Below are positions 14,101 through 28,949 of a DNA stretch of 64,000 bases, piece by piece. The notes under the pieces are model-generated. The model was not told the DNA's origin. It saw nothing but the letters and a program-made list of their open reading frames with translations, and did no database searches. Position 1 is the first letter of the stretch. Every line of letters begins with the position of its first letter. This DNA is from Chrysomallon squamiferum (Eukaryota > Animalia > Mollusca). The translations under genes and the position numbers were made by a program. The DNA is taken from NCBI GenBank assembly GCA_012295275.1, contig CM022670.1:39742001-39806000 (forward strand), read 5' to 3'.

Positions 14101-14930
14101 CTGCCAATAGACATAGATCTGTGTTTATTATGTCACTGAATTGAAATGTATGTTTGTGTGTGTCTGTGTGTGTGTGTGTGTTCTGTTGATAGACATAGAT
14201 CTCTGTTTATTATGTCACTGAATTGAAATGTATGTCTGTGTGTATGTGTAGGTGTCTGTGTAGGTGTCTCTGTTTTTACTGTCAGTAAATGCTGATCTAT
14301 ACCTAGTATGCCACTGAACTGAAATGTGTGCCTCTCTGTCTGTATGTTTTATGTCAATAGACAGAGATCTGTATTTAGTACGTCACTGTATTGAAATTTA
14401 TATTTAATGTATATGTGTGTGTGTGTATGTGTTTTTTTGTATGTTTTTTTAATGTATGTATTTTGTATTTTGAAATTAGTATTTCATGTGTCTCTGTGAG
14501 TATACACGTATATTTTTGTGTGTGTGTTCTGTCGATATATATAGATCTGTGTTTAGTATATCATTAAATTGACATGTGTGTGTAATGTGTGTGTAATGTG
14601 TGTATAATATGTGCGAAATGTGTGTGTATGTGTGTATAATCTGTCAGTAGACATAAATCTATATTTATTACATCCTGTATTAAAGATATATCTTTGTATG
14701 TGTGTGTTTGTGCCTTATTATAGTCAGTATATGTATATTTATTTAATGCCATGTATTAAAGTTACACAGCAGTGTGTATGCTATTACTGTCAATAGATGC
14801 ACATGTATTTATTATGTCACTGTATTAAAGCTTACTATGTGAGTGTATGTGTGATGTGTGTCATAGATTAAAATATCCACAGTCATGTAACTGGTACATG
14901 TCCAGCATGTCACTGTGTTAAAGCTAGATG
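14030..14930. repeat. Composite repeat: about 50-bp core (CTGTCAATAGACATAGATCTGTGTTTATTATGTCACTGAATTGAAATG) interspaced by variable (TG)n tracts
   Basis: Core copies near 14100, 14182, 14279, 14351, 14528, 14640 and 14787, with a partial copy at 14905. Confidence 0.75.
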
Positions 14931-15957
14931 TGTTTGTGTATTGTGTTTCTATCAATGGTTGTGCTGTTTGTATGTGTTAACTTTTGTCACTGTATATCTT
15001 GTCAGGTGTTTTGTCAGCAAACAGCAGTACAGCTGTCAGTCTGTGCACCAGTTTGTTGTGAATCGTTTTTTTTTACTTGTTTCTTTTCTGTGGTTTCACA
15101 TCATCATCATTAGTTTATTTCATTGAACCATTTGTGGGTGTGGGTGCAGAGGGGGGTGTATTTGTGTGTGTGTTTATCACAGACTTTTTATTATTTGAAC
15201 TTCAGTAACTTGTGAATATTAATGATTGTTTTTGCCTTAATCTAAAAAAAAATTTATTAAAAAATAATTATTTTTATTACTTTTTCTTTTTTATCCAATA
15301 AATAATTTTTAATTTAATAAATTTTTTTTCTTCCAAATATGATTATAAAATATTACAGAAATACTTATCAGACATTAAATTTAGTTTATTTATCCCAGTA
15401 ATTTTCAATATTTTTTTTATTTATTTCATTTTAATATTTTTATTTTAAATTATTATTATTATTTTTTTTTTTTTTTATTATTATTTTTTTTTTTTTATTA
15501 CACTCCTATTAGATTTTCCTTTCATATTTTAAATTAATCATTTTTAATAACTGTTATTAAATCTTCTTAATTTAGTTTTGATTTAATCTTCTTTTTCATT
15601 TCAGCTACCATTGAATTTATTGTTATCTTTATTTCTTTTACAGAATTAAGTATAAAAATGTCGACAGACAGTTTAGATAATAAAACTGCTTTTCAAAACT
15701 ATTAATTAAAAGAGATCTTGGTTTTCTGTTCATGGAATGGTTATTAATTTGTGCTGTAATTCTCTTAAAATTTGTATCTCAGTTTCAATGTTATATTATA
15801 AACTATTTGTATCATTACAAGAAATGTTGTAAAATGTAAATCACTTCAGTTAAACATTTGTTGAGCTGGTCTCAAGTTTTAAAGTTATAAAACTGTCAAA
15901 TAAGTCAAACTGATTTATAAAGCAGTTCTTTACTCAGTTATCTTGTTTGTCTGCTGT

Positions 15958-16335
15958 TGAGTTATATTATTACTTACTTTTAGAGTTATATTATTACTTT
16001 TAAAGTTATATTATTATTTTTTAGTTACCTTACCTTTAAAGTGATATTATTACATTTAAAGTTATGTTACTTTTAAAGTTATATTGTTACTTTTAAAGTT
16101 ATATTATTACTTTTAGAGTTATATTATTACTTTTAAAGTTATATTATTTATTACTTTTAAAGTTATTTTATTTATTACTTTTAAAGTTATATTATTACTT
16201 TTAAAGTTATATTATTACTTTTAAAGTTATATTATTATTTTTTTAGTTAAAGTTATTACTTTAAATTTATTTTTTACTTTTAATATTAATATTTTAAAGT
16301 TATATTTTTTACTTCTAAAGTTATATTATAACTTT
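15958..16335. repeat. Minisatellite, 20-bp unit TTTTAAAGTTATATTATTAC
   Basis: Many tandem copies. Confidence 0.9.
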
Positions 16336-18184
16336 TTGTTTTATTATTATATAAACCTCACTTTACATCTTTTTTGTATTTTCTATGTTTACCTGTCACA
16401 ATTACCTAAACCACCTTTGATCATACCTTTATTTCACCTTTTTTTTTTTTTATAATTGCTTTCCAATTACTGACCCATTTCATTTATCCACAGACACCTG
16501 TCCTGTATATCCATGAAAATCCAGGGACCTCTTGGTCTGGGAAATTTAATGCTTGGACACGTGGAAAAATCTTTTAAGCCTATAACAAGAATACTGCCTG
16601 TATCTCTATAGCTTGCATTATTTCGAATTATACTATCAAATGTTACCAAACATTTAGTGTGTTCACTTTGCATTCAGTGTTTATAGGTTGAAATGAGGTC
16701 ATCCATTCAAAGCCCATCAACAGATTTTCTTTCATCATGATTTTTTATAAGCTTGATCAAAAAGAAGTTATACCTGTTACCTTTTTTTTTTTTTTTTTTT
16801 TTTTCAACAGTGTGTAAGAATTTATGTTCTTCATTGATGTGTATAAATAAAAGGAAATAACTTTTGAATGTTTTTTTTTATCTATTATAATTTTTTTCTT
16901 TTCTTATGGTAAAAAAAAAAATAATGAATAAATAAAAAAAAAAATAAAAAAAGTGATGACAAAGATGATTAGAAATACTTCAGGAAGAAATGTTGGTAAT
17001 AAAAATGGTTTGCTGTTTCTTCTTAAGATCTTGTTGAGATGTTTTTATATCTTTTTAGCCTTTAATGAATGCCTGCTGATATCCAGTGGATTGTATTCTG
17101 ATACACCTGGATGAAATAACCTTACAGGTTTGTTTGAGTACTGGCTACATGTACAATATGTCAGATTTCCCAGCAGCTTTTCAAACCTTTATCAACCATC
17201 AGGTATCGGTCGTTCACTAAAATAAACAAAAATAAAAAATAAGTAAAAAAATAAGAATTAATTAAAAAATATATATTAATAAAGAATAATAATAATAATC
17301 AAAAATAACAATGACAGAATAAATCAAAATTAAATTAAAATTACAAATAAATATAAATTTAAAAAAAAAAATAATAGAAAAATTAATAAATGATCAAAAA
17401 TAACAGTAACGGTATAAAGAAAAAAAATTAAAATTAAAAATAAAATTAAAGAATAAAATTAAAGGATTTCAGATATACACTTCACAAATATGTCTTATTT
17501 CAGATACATGTTTGTTTTTGTAAGAAAATCTTTTTATTATTATTATTATTTTTTCATTGATCACCAAAGCTGACAAGATGGACTGAGTATTCAGTTAGAG
17601 ATGTGCTATAAAAAAAAATGTTCATTGTAGCAGATGTTTCTATTATCAGTTTATTTTATTTTATTTTAATTGGTTTTTTTGTTATTTTTATTATTTTTTT
17701 TTTTTTTTTTGTGTGTGTGTTTATGTCACGTTTATCAATACTCAATTTGTTTTCAAATGATTATTATTATTTTTTTTTTTTTGAGTCTGTGTTCAGTATT
17801 CTCCAAACTATATTACCAATGACAGATATTTTTAACTTTGAGATTTTATTTTTTGAGGGTGCAGCCTGTCTTTGTGGGAGAACATTCCTGTGATAGTCAC
17901 AAGATCAAACTGTTTCCATTTCTCACAATGACTCACAAATAGCCTTTTTCCTTTTAGTGGAAATAAGAATTAAAACCACATTTGTAGACTTGTGTTGTCA
18001 TTGTTACTGTTATCATTACTGTAACCATTATTATCATCATTATCATCACCATCTTTATTAACATCATCATTATTATTATTATTATTCTAATCTCTGTCAT
18101 ATTGTTACTGAAACTGAAAATTGACATCTAAACATCCATTTAATACAAACATGTTGAGTTGCTGTTAAATAGTTATTTATTCCT

Positions 18185-18354
18185 TAAACAGCAGGTGAAA
18201 AAAATGGGACAAAAGTTTCACCAATTTAAAAGATTAACAGGTGCTAACTTGATCAAATCAAGCATTTGTCATCCATTTTATTAATATAAAAATATATCTG
18301 CGTCATTTTTAGAGTGGGTATTGTACATTTATTTATATTTTTTTCACCAGTTTA
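18185..18354. mobile_element. Possible degraded MITE
   Basis: GGTGAAAAAAAT near the left end and ATTTTTTTCACC near the right end form a 12-bp inverted match, with TAAAC/GTTTA outside them. Confidence 0.35.
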
Positions 18355-21268
18355 TCACTTTGTTTTGTTTATTGACACTTGATGAAAAGTATGTTTGACT
18401 ACTCTGTATCAACCTCAGAGTAGAAATGCATATCTTATAATCAAATGAATTACTGGAGCAAAAACTGATAAAAAAAATGACTTTAATTATATTTGACTTT
18501 TTGCTATATGAAAGTTCATAGACAAATGGAGTTTGATTATTTTTTTTTTTACTTGCAATGACACCACAGTTAATAAATAAAATATGGCTGAACATGCTCA
18601 GGTAGAACAAACTGATATTAAAGAGTTTCGTGAAAACCAAAGTTTTGCCCATAATCGTCTTCGCTGGGGTACAAAAAAGCTGTGATACATAACTTAGAAT
18701 TTCAAGGCAGCAATTAATGTATGGCCCATCAGGTAGCCTGCTGTACCTGATTATTAGTACCCGCTGAGTCTGGGGCATTCATCATATTTACATTGTTGAC
18801 TTTGTGTAAATTGTCAGTTTGGGCTGGCACTGTTTTACATGCTTCATTGGCAAAGTCCCCGAAGCTCTGTTCCAACTGTGTGACAAAAAAAAACCAGAAT
18901 GTATCAAACTTCAAAGAATCCGATGACATATACAAACAGATTTCTTTTCTCTCTCTTGTTTATTCTATTGAAGGAATTTTATTCAATTTGAAAAAGTTTT
19001 AAAAAAAAAAATTGTGCCACCTGGTTATTATCTGGTCCTGTTGTTAACCTTTCCAGCCAGAATGTTTTTGTAAATAAAAGTTAGTGTTCTGGACAATGTG
19101 AAAATCTTGCTGGATATGTTATTTAGATTCAAATCTTTGGTAATTAAGGTAATAGGAGGGAGTTCTATTGTAATAAAGTTGTTATGGTTGACGTATTTCT
19201 GTACATTTCTCTGGACACAATGGTTTGGTGTTGATCTGATAATAACAGGACAGTCTTATCCACTTCTTAAACATTTATAATATTATTTTCTTTCTTTCAA
19301 TCTTTTTTTCATTTTGTTCATCCTTTTTCTATTTTCTAAATCTGAGCTTTTTCCTTTTGTGTTCTTTCCTCCATCCCCATATTTCTTTCTTACTCACATT
19401 TAGGATGTAAACTCACATTAGTTTTGATTGGTACAGTAATATACAATTTGTTAATTTTTGAAGAATCAACAAAGCTGTTAGCCTCTTCACTATCATGTTG
19501 TGTATTTAATAGGAAAAATGTGAACTATTGTAAGATAAGATAATATACAAACACTGTACCAGGCTGGTGATAATGTAATACAATCACACAGGACTTAGTA
19601 TCTATTAAAACTCTAGATATTTTCTTACAAAGGTAGTATTAAAACTCTAGATATGTTCTTATAAAGGTATAACCACAGGTAGTTCCATCTGTCTTAGTCT
19701 AATTTCACACCTAATACTTTCCCACTTGTTCAGACGGAGAGGATTAGTTGTTTGCCCACTTGATCTAAATTTTTAATGAAAATACTTGAGGGGGGGTCCA
19801 CATGTTGAGGAAGATGAGCATATTGGAGATAGTATTCCACAGACTTGCAACCAGAGCCAAGCTGCTCCACTCATTGGATTAGGATGAGGATGTGTGGCTG
19901 GCATTGCAGAAAGTCCACATGCACCTACTCACATAGCTTATCACTTAAAACACTCCTACAATCCCCTACAAGGTTTGAAATGAACTCTCCCAGTTACCCT
20001 CATAGTCTAATAGCCTGTTACATAACTCACACCAATCTCAAATTTACAGATATTTGACGATAATATGTAATGAAATATTTTTTCACTTGCACTATTGCTT
20101 TGATAAATGAATGTCTCTTACTGTATTCTAGTACAAAAAACTGGACATAAACTGGAAATTAACAAGTTGGAGAATGCTGTGTCCTTGCATTTCCATTACT
20201 GATTAAAAGAAGGCAGGTCCAGATTGCATGATACAGACTCAGTATAATTGATTGAACAAATGAGAAATGTAGTGACAGTGTTAAAATGCCTTCAGCTTAT
20301 TATGTGTGTAGTTACACCTTCATCTGTCTTCTGTACACGACAGCTTTCATGTTTTTTATGATGCACTGCTGTCTGATTGTCACATTTGTCAAACCTTCAT
20401 TTTATTATTGTAATTTATTGTCTGGAAGACGTTAGGAATTATAAAGGAAAAATAATTTAAATAAAATAATAATAATAATAAAAAAAAAAAAAAAAAAAAA
20501 AATACCAACATAATAATAATTCTTTGACAAAATCAGTTTTAGTAAAATTTATATCTATTCTTAAAATTTGTATCTATTTTTAAAAAGAAAACCTTAAATG
20601 CTTTTGTAAGTTCAAAAAGTTTCAAATTCATCTTCTTTTATTAACAAAAAGCATATGTTTAACATAATACACTCGTAGGGGAAAACATTTTTTTCTTTTT
20701 TATTAATAAATACTAAAAATAGCAGACTTTGTAATTAAAGAAAAAAATATACGAAACACAAATAATGTTATTTCAAAAAGACTTGGATTTGTAATAAAAC
20801 TTTTACAATTACCAAAATGATTGAAAAGTCTTTTGAACGTGGTTTTTATTTGTTTTGAAGTAGATATCTTTCAGGCATGAGTCCCGATATGTCCATCTTT
20901 TCCTATAGTTGAAGGGTAATTTAGAACCTACTTGTGTGTACATGTTGATATGTCATAACTTGGAATGTTTGTTTTTAGTAGTGCTGTTAGTTAAAGCTCT
21001 GTGTGTGTACACTTTCGTTCTGGGTCAGATAGTATAATGGTGAAAGTTTATGTGGCTTTCTTTAGTTGATTTCTTTGATGTTTGATATTTTTTTTCTGTC
21101 TGTTGTCATTGTTGTTGGGGTGTTGTTGTTGTTGTTGTTGTTTGGGAGATTTTTGTTTGTTTCTAGATTATTGTTATGTTTGGTTTTTATTCTGTTCATT
21201 CATGTTTATTGAAATAAAAAGCAGTATAAATACAAAGCAGTTTAAATTTAAAGTTTAAAAGTAATAAC

Positions 21269-21330
<62 letters not shown>

Positions 21331-21380
21331 ATATAATTTTTTTTTTTTTTAAAAAGACAAAAAATAAAAAAATAATTAAA

Positions 21381-21429
<49 letters not shown>

Positions 21430-21727
21430 ATTAAAAAAATATATATATAAATATAAAAAAATAGAAGTAAAATTGACAAAGGTAAATAATCCGTGATTAA
21501 TTTACCTTCCTCTGACAGGTGTAACATGGGGGGGAGTCCCAGGTAAAAACGAACGCAAGAGGCAGGAAGTAAATAATTAAACCAACACAAATTCAGAGAT
21601 AATGGATTTTTGGTTTTGATAAAAGATTTATGTTTGTTGCAGGCATTTAGGAAATTACTTAGATGTTTACAACCCTTTTCATCCAATACCATTAACACTG
21701 AATTATAACTTATTTACAGCATGTAGA

Positions 21728-21760
<33 letters not shown>

Positions 21761-22659
21761 CTCACAAGTGTACTTCTCACTAAGTGTTTATTTGTTTATT
21801 CACAGATAACGATCTTTTATTTAGTATTTTGACAGTCATTGAGTGTAACACATGTTGCTGGCGACTGGTAAATGCTGCAGTTATAAACTTCGTCAAATCA
21901 ATGTTTGCTTGTAGGTCATTGTTTTGTTCTTGTCAACTTTTACTTGAATAGAAAGTTGCTGAGTTTTTAATATCTCTTTATTTCTGTGCAAGGTGTTATC
22001 AGTTGCATCCACGGGATCTCTGTTACATGTGTAAAATAAACCAGTGTTTTGAACAGCATATTTAGCTTCTGTAACTTGATTGTGTTTGTGTTTTCTTTAT
22101 GGTGGTTTTGTTCATGATCAGAAAATGTTGCCTGAATTAGTTTTAAGTTTTCTTTATAATTTGTATATAAATACATTTAAAAAAAAAAAAAAAAATGATG
22201 GTGCATGTGTTTGTTGCCAAGCAGTTATTTCAAAAGCAGTTATACAGACAGAAGTGTAAAAAGAATCATAAATTTAGTGCAGGTGAGAGACAGAAACTGA
22301 TCAGATGTCCTTTCTAACTGTCACTTAGAGCTCATAATCCAGGAGGCAGATTATGTTCTGAGTGAAGTGTTAGAAGAGAAGAGAGAAAAATCCTGTTATC
22401 ATCTTTTCTTTCCCAGCTGGACGTTACATGGATCTGATCATGTTACCTTGGATAATTTAATGCCTAACTGTAGGGACATTAAGATGTCTATCAACGTCAG
22501 TGTGTGTATCAGCTGTTTAAAGACAAAAGAAGAGCTGTATTATGCTTGTGCATATTAGTACCACTGAATATTTATCAGAACATCATAATACTGCATCATT
22601 TCTCTCTATATAACTGTAGTCCTCAACATTGTATCACAGCATTCTATGACTACAGTCTA

Positions 22660-22962
22660 ACTCTGACCATTGCACCACAACACTAAACTGTTATATCACC
22701 ACATAACCACACCACAAAGTCTGTCTGTATCACTGTACCATTATAATACTGAACCACTTAAACACTGTACCATTGCACCCTAACTTCATAGCACTGCACC
22801 ACAACTCTAAACTGTTATACCACCACATAACCACACTAAGTCTGTATCACTGTACCATTATAATACTGAACCACTAAAACATTGTACCATTGCACCCTAA
22901 CTTCAGACCACTGCACTAAACTGTTATACCACCACATAACCACACTAAGTCTATCTGTATCA
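22660..22962. repeat. Tandem repeat, about 110-125-bp unit, about 2.5 copies
   Basis: TAAACTGTTATAYCACCACATAACCACAC recurs at about 22684, 22808 and 22917. Confidence 0.85.
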
Positions 22963-23689
22963 ATGTCAGAATCAATATGATTGTCTTTTTTTTTCGTACC
23001 AGGTCTATTTTCTAAACTGGATATTGATGATATTGATCTCAGCCTGCTCTGTTTTTGTCACAAAGTATTGAGTTGCACGCTGTTTGTCACAAGAGCTGAC
23101 ACTTACCTGAGAAAAGAAATTAGTCTGTAATGAGCGTGTGGCAAAGTGTGAAATGTTGATCCTAATTAAAGTACCAGGAGAACCCTTGTAATCAGTTCAG
23201 CTCCAAGTTAAAATCCGAAGAAAATAAAACAACCATGTGCAATATACATTAAAATAAGCAAGTTCCAGATTCCTTAATCTGTGAAAAATAAGTTCAAGAA
23301 TATGAAATTTGTATAAAATAAAATTAAAGTAAGATACAAATTAACATAATATTGATGGTATCAAGACATGTAAATTATTCTGATTAAATCTGATATAATT
23401 AAAGCAGTATTTATAAGCAGTATTGCATACGAAGGACAACATATACTGTTTATTATTTACCATAATATAACCCTGAGGAAATGTAATATTGTTATTATTG
23501 AATATCAGATATCATTGTTTTGTCAAAAGAAATCTGCTGTTGACATTTTTATCTCCATTACCAAGAGAATATTCGAAGTCTTTACCCAGATGATAAAATG
23601 TTCTGTTGTTTGATAAACCCACCATGAAGCTGTAGCAGAACTGAAAATAATCAGATTTGTATATAAACAAAAAGGAATTTAGAGTATAA

Positions 23690-23721
<32 letters not shown>

Positions 23722-25189
23722 ATGGGTATGTGTGTGTTTCTGTTTCTGTTTGTGTGTGTGTGTGTGTGTGTGTGTTTATGTAAATTCTCTTTTCTGATCT
23801 GAAACTGGTATTTTTTAAATAACTGTGAGTACTAACAGGTGTTTTTCTGAATGTCCAGTTATTCTAAAGTAGACAAGCAAACATGCTGAAGACTGAAAAC
23901 AAATGAATGGTTCTGTAGAAGCTGGGGTAACTTTACAGTCTGTTAATAGATTACTGACAAAATGCTGGTATTGTTTAAACCTGTTTCTGAGATGAATGGC
24001 TGTTTAAGTGATGTCACATTATGCTGAAGTATTTGTCTTCACCATTTTTTTTTTTTTGTTTATGAAGAATTCATAACATTGGCTGTTCACTTCTGTGCCA
24101 TTGATTTACTGGGTTTTCAAACGTTTTTTGGCCATATAATGTTTTCTGTAAATGATTATAGGGATGTTCTTTCAGATAAATTTCTTTTTTTCTTTTTTCT
24201 TTTTTTCCTCTAATCTATTTTTTTATTTCTTTACATGTACCAATTATGAAAATTATTTCTTTTATTTAAAATTAGTTTTCATTATTGTTTCTTTATTTTT
24301 ATTTGTTTCCTTTTTTTTTTAAATTTATTCTCTAATTGAGTATTTCATTAAATGATTTCATTAGAAAAATAAATTCATTTTTCAAAAATTTTGATTTCCT
24401 TGGAATTTTATTAGTTTGTTTATTTGTTGTTTTACCCAGAGTCTTTGACTGTAAGCCAGACAAAACTGATAGTTCTTATTAAGCTTGTATTTCGATGCTG
24501 TATTGGTCAGATTTTGCATCTATAGTACATCAGTGTCATAGCAGATTGCAGTGAATTTCAAAGTTTCTGCCTGTGCAAGGATAAGACATTAGCACAGAAA
24601 ATGACCGTCATGTCATAAACTGAACATTATCAGGCTGTGGCTTACCAGTTAAAGCAAAGGACTGAGAAGGTCTAGCTTCCAGGATCAGTCCTCCCTAGTG
24701 TATCAGTCACTGCATTATTTCTCTTCACTATCAAAATATAATCTTCTTTCATTTCATGATACGTTTAATGTGAAAAACATAAATTCAAATGACTTAAAAA
24801 TTTAGTACATGTTTTACACCCACCTTTCAGCAGTAGAATGTAATTCTTCACAGCACATCAGTTTACAGAAATATAATTCTTTAAATACTTTACACAGCTT
24901 CTGTTACTTCACACTGTACGTTTCAGCAGTGTGTTTTATGACTTTTTAATCTCTTTAGTTTTACAAACAATTACACAGTGTATACTGTCACATGACACAC
25001 TGTATTTCAGTCATTACCCACCAGTACACTTGTATTTACTGTGTGTGTGAGTGTGTGTGTATGTGTGTGTGTGTGTGTCTATTGTAGTATTCCTATTAGG
25101 TTTGCATTATAGTAAGTTAAACTTTTCTTTTAAATGTGATGGGATTTTCATACAGTATTTTTGTGTTTTGAGGGGAAAGGAGTAGGAGT

Positions 25190-25193
<4 letters not shown>

Positions 25194-25224
<31 letters not shown>

Positions 25225-25240
25225 TGTGTGTGTGTTTGTT

Positions 25241-25329
<89 letters not shown>

Positions 25330-25356
25330 GTGTATGTGTGTGTATGTGTATGTGTG
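25194..25356. repeat. (TG)n microsatellite
   Basis: Direct reading. Confidence 0.95.
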
Positions 25357-28300
25357 TTCCATTTATGTACATACATATGAACATGTGTCTGTGTATATTC
25401 ACCTATATGTCTGTGTGTGTCTCTGACAAACTAAGAAGGTAACGGAGGTGTTGTTATTTTACATGTTTAACTTTTCACACTGTCCTGTTAATGTCAGAGT
25501 CGGACGTCACCGGTGAAGCTGAACTGTCACGGCTGGATGACTGCTTCGCTGATTGTTATCTGTTAACTTGAATAACATCGCCAGTGCACTGTAGAAAGTT
25601 AACATGTGGCCGTAAAGATTATCATCTGATTTATTTAAATGTAGCGTTCATGTTGAAATAAATTTCAATATAGACCTATATATTTCATTGTAAATATGAT
25701 CTTTTCAAAATTCAAATGAAACCATTAAATTGATAGCTAGTATGTATATAAGAATTCAGCTAAAATTTTAAAAAGCACAGTTTTCAAAGAGTGTTAAATT
25801 TATTTATATTTTTTGTTGTTGTATGTCATCTATGGGTAAAATGTGGGTAAAATGAATTATGTGCAGATTTCAATACCTGCTACAGTTTGTATTTATGACA
25901 GTGTGTTAAGAAATTGGTTTCTGTATTTCTCATAAAGGTGGAAAACTGTTTTACAGGTTAATTCTAACTATTTGTGCAAGTTAACATTTATTATTGTACA
26001 CTGAACAAGACTTACTAATAGGCCAGTACTTTAACTACATGATTTAAATAATTTTTAATTTTTATATAATTTTAAATTTTTAAATTTTTAATTTTTATTT
26101 ATTAAGTAATTAATTAAATTATGAATTTATTTATTTATGCTTTGCCAAACTTCACTTTCCATTTACTGCGCTGGTAACAGCACTGAAGAAAAAAAAAAAG
26201 CAGACAACAAAAAAAACAACAAATTAACCATCTTGATTTAGAAACTACCATAAAATCTTTCAAAAACATTTTTTTACTTTTTTCTTTATTTGTTTTTTGC
26301 CCTGATCATTCTACCAGTACATGGAAATAAATTGCTTTGACTTTTTTTTTTTTTGTTCAGTTTAGCTTTCTAACTTTACCATTCTTGTTTTTCATGCTTG
26401 TTCAGTTCAATTGTGCTGATTTAGACTCGGACTGAGCTGAAAACCTCCGTTCACCAGACAATGGTGTTTACCACTGACTCACAGGGAGTATGTGGTTTTC
26501 TATCACGGTTTAGCACGATTAGTAAACAGACAATTGACTTTTCTTTGATTACCACCCAGAGCTGTTGAGATTCTCACTCACCTGTGAATAAGCTCACATT
26601 AAGACATTAAAAGTGCTTCTGAAAAACAAAGTGGCCTTCACTTGCGTTTGAAAACAAAAAAAAGACAGTTTGAAGAACTTTTTTTTATGTGTTTTTAAAG
26701 AACTCTTGTAGGTGTTTCTGAAATCTGTGAGTGCCATAAATCTGTTCTGTTTCAGATACTTTCATTAGTGTAAAAATAATAATAATAATAAAAAAATTAC
26801 AAATAAATGTACAAATGTATTCATCTTCATCTTTACGAATTAATGTTTTGAGTATCTTTTATTTCTATACAACAACAAAATAAAAAAAATAAAAAATAGT
26901 AAAAAAAAATAATAAATCAAAATATTTTGGTGAATCAGTTATCAAAGAAATAACGAAAAGACGTAATACATTTTTTTTTTAATTAATGACTATTCTTGGG
27001 TACTCTTTATTTATTTATTTAGATGAAAGCAAAAAAGAAAGAAGTCATTTTAAATATCCTGTTAGAATATAGAAGATAAAATCTGACTGTTTCTTTTCAT
27101 CTTCTGCTTTTTTCTTCTTTATTTTGTGATAGTAAGAATTCTAGCATTTCTTTAAACCACTCTGAACAGATTTGACAAGTACACCGAATACATTGTAATG
27201 AACTTTCTTTGTATGTTGATATCATAATCTAGCTTTGGCCTCTTATTCACTAAATAAAACAGGATTACTATGGTGAAAAAATATCTCACAGTTTCAAAAT
27301 AAGCAACCAATTTTTTTTTTTTTTATATATAATATTTTTTTTATGGAAAGTAAGTTGAACCACAAAAAGAGAGAAAGAATAAAGAAAAGAACCGTATTTT
27401 TTTTTATTTAAAAGTAATTTTCATGCCTTGTTAAGTCACATAACTATGTTTTTCATCATTTCTTCTTGTTTTTTTTTTTTCCCATACAGTTATTACCTGT
27501 TGTCAAAAACCCAAGCGAAACAATTTGCAAATATATTATATCCCCCTAATCCATGTAATTTCAGTAAGCAGAATGACATGGTGAGTCAGGCCATTGTTGT
27601 GTGTACCATTTTTTTATTCTTGGTATGTCAAGCACATACCTGTTTCATTTAGCACACGGAGTGTTTGTCCAAGGAGATGTGCTTGGCTTCACAGACGAAA
27701 CAGTCTTGTTAGGAGGTAACTGACATCTAACGCTGATGTCACCAAAAAACATTTTCACTTCTGTGTGTTCATCGGATTGAAAAACAGAAAGAGAGAGAGA
27801 GGGGGAGAAAGAAAAAAAACATCTACTAGTAGCAGCGACAGATGAATTGAAATGATGTAGTTTATGTTGGCAGGCCAATAGGGGAGCCTCTTGTTAAAAT
27901 TCTTAATGTGTTATTAAACACTGCTGGATGGTATTGTCGCTGGACAAATGACAATAATGGACTTTTACATGTTGTGCAGGGAATCGCGTTATGATATTGT
28001 CACTGAGTCAGAAACTGTTTGTGTCCTGTGGGTGCCAGCTCAGTTAAATGTAACAGTGTGGTTTCAAAAAGAACTGTTGATTTCTGATCGACATTGTCGT
28101 TTGTAAAATTGAACCTGTTTCTTCCATGCTGTTGTTTGGAAACAAATGTACATTTGTGTATTGTAATCGTATTATAATTCACAGTGCCGGATTTGGAAAT
28201 AGGAGCTCTGGGAACAAAATGTTTAATGAGCTTATGAAGACTTTTGTAACCTGACCCAAGGAACACTTCAAAACACAAAGGTGTTGGGGGTACTTAGGAA

Positions 28301-28949
28301 AAAAAAAAAAAAAAAAAAATAGAAATAAGAAAAGCTTACAGAAAATGTTTTAACCTGAAACACTCTGTGAATGTTTGGTTGTGTTTTTGAGAGAGAACAG
28401 CTTCTGACATAGTTCAGACATAATTCAAATGTACGTGAAGCAGAGTTCAAAACATCTGTTACAAGTTTTAAATTAGCGTCAGGATTTCCCCAGCTGGGAT
28501 GTTAATCTTACAAAGCAGCATCATAGCAGATAAATGATGATTCCACTTTGGCTTTCTTTTTCAAAGAAACTTGGCTCTTTATAGGAAATTGTGCTGTGAT
28601 ATTTTCAGATATGATAACTAAATGAAGATGCTTGAAGTGTTTAGAGCATTAGACACAGAAACCAGTTGTTTAAGGAAAAATTTATTTTATTAGTAAAAGA
28701 CTTGAATGTTGTTTTCTGAAGTAAAAAAAAAAACCTAACAAAAAATAATAAAAAGAAAAAGAATCTTAAACTCTAAATGTATTTAAAATAGCATTGGTCT
28801 TAATTATTTAAACAGATTTTTTTTTTTTTTTTTTTTTGTTCCCCCCTTACAGTCTATAGTTAGACTTAGTAAACAACATTTCAAAATTATTTATCAGAAT
28901 CTTAGAGGAATTCCATGATTTTTATCACCATTTGTGTGGTGTTGGATTT

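Noticed and set aside
14030-14930. CRISPR array
   Set aside because: Eukaryotic intron, diverged cores, microsatellite spacers of unequal length, no cas genes.
18700-18935. Possible hAT transposase C-terminal fragment on the minus strand (FDTFW...EQSFGDFANEACK)
   Set aside because: The resemblance is limited to a few residues and the expected downstream CExxFS motif is absent.
19740-20057. GC-richer patch with 70-aa ORF, possible retroelement 3' end
   Set aside because: No recognisable domain motif, poly-A tail or target-site duplication.
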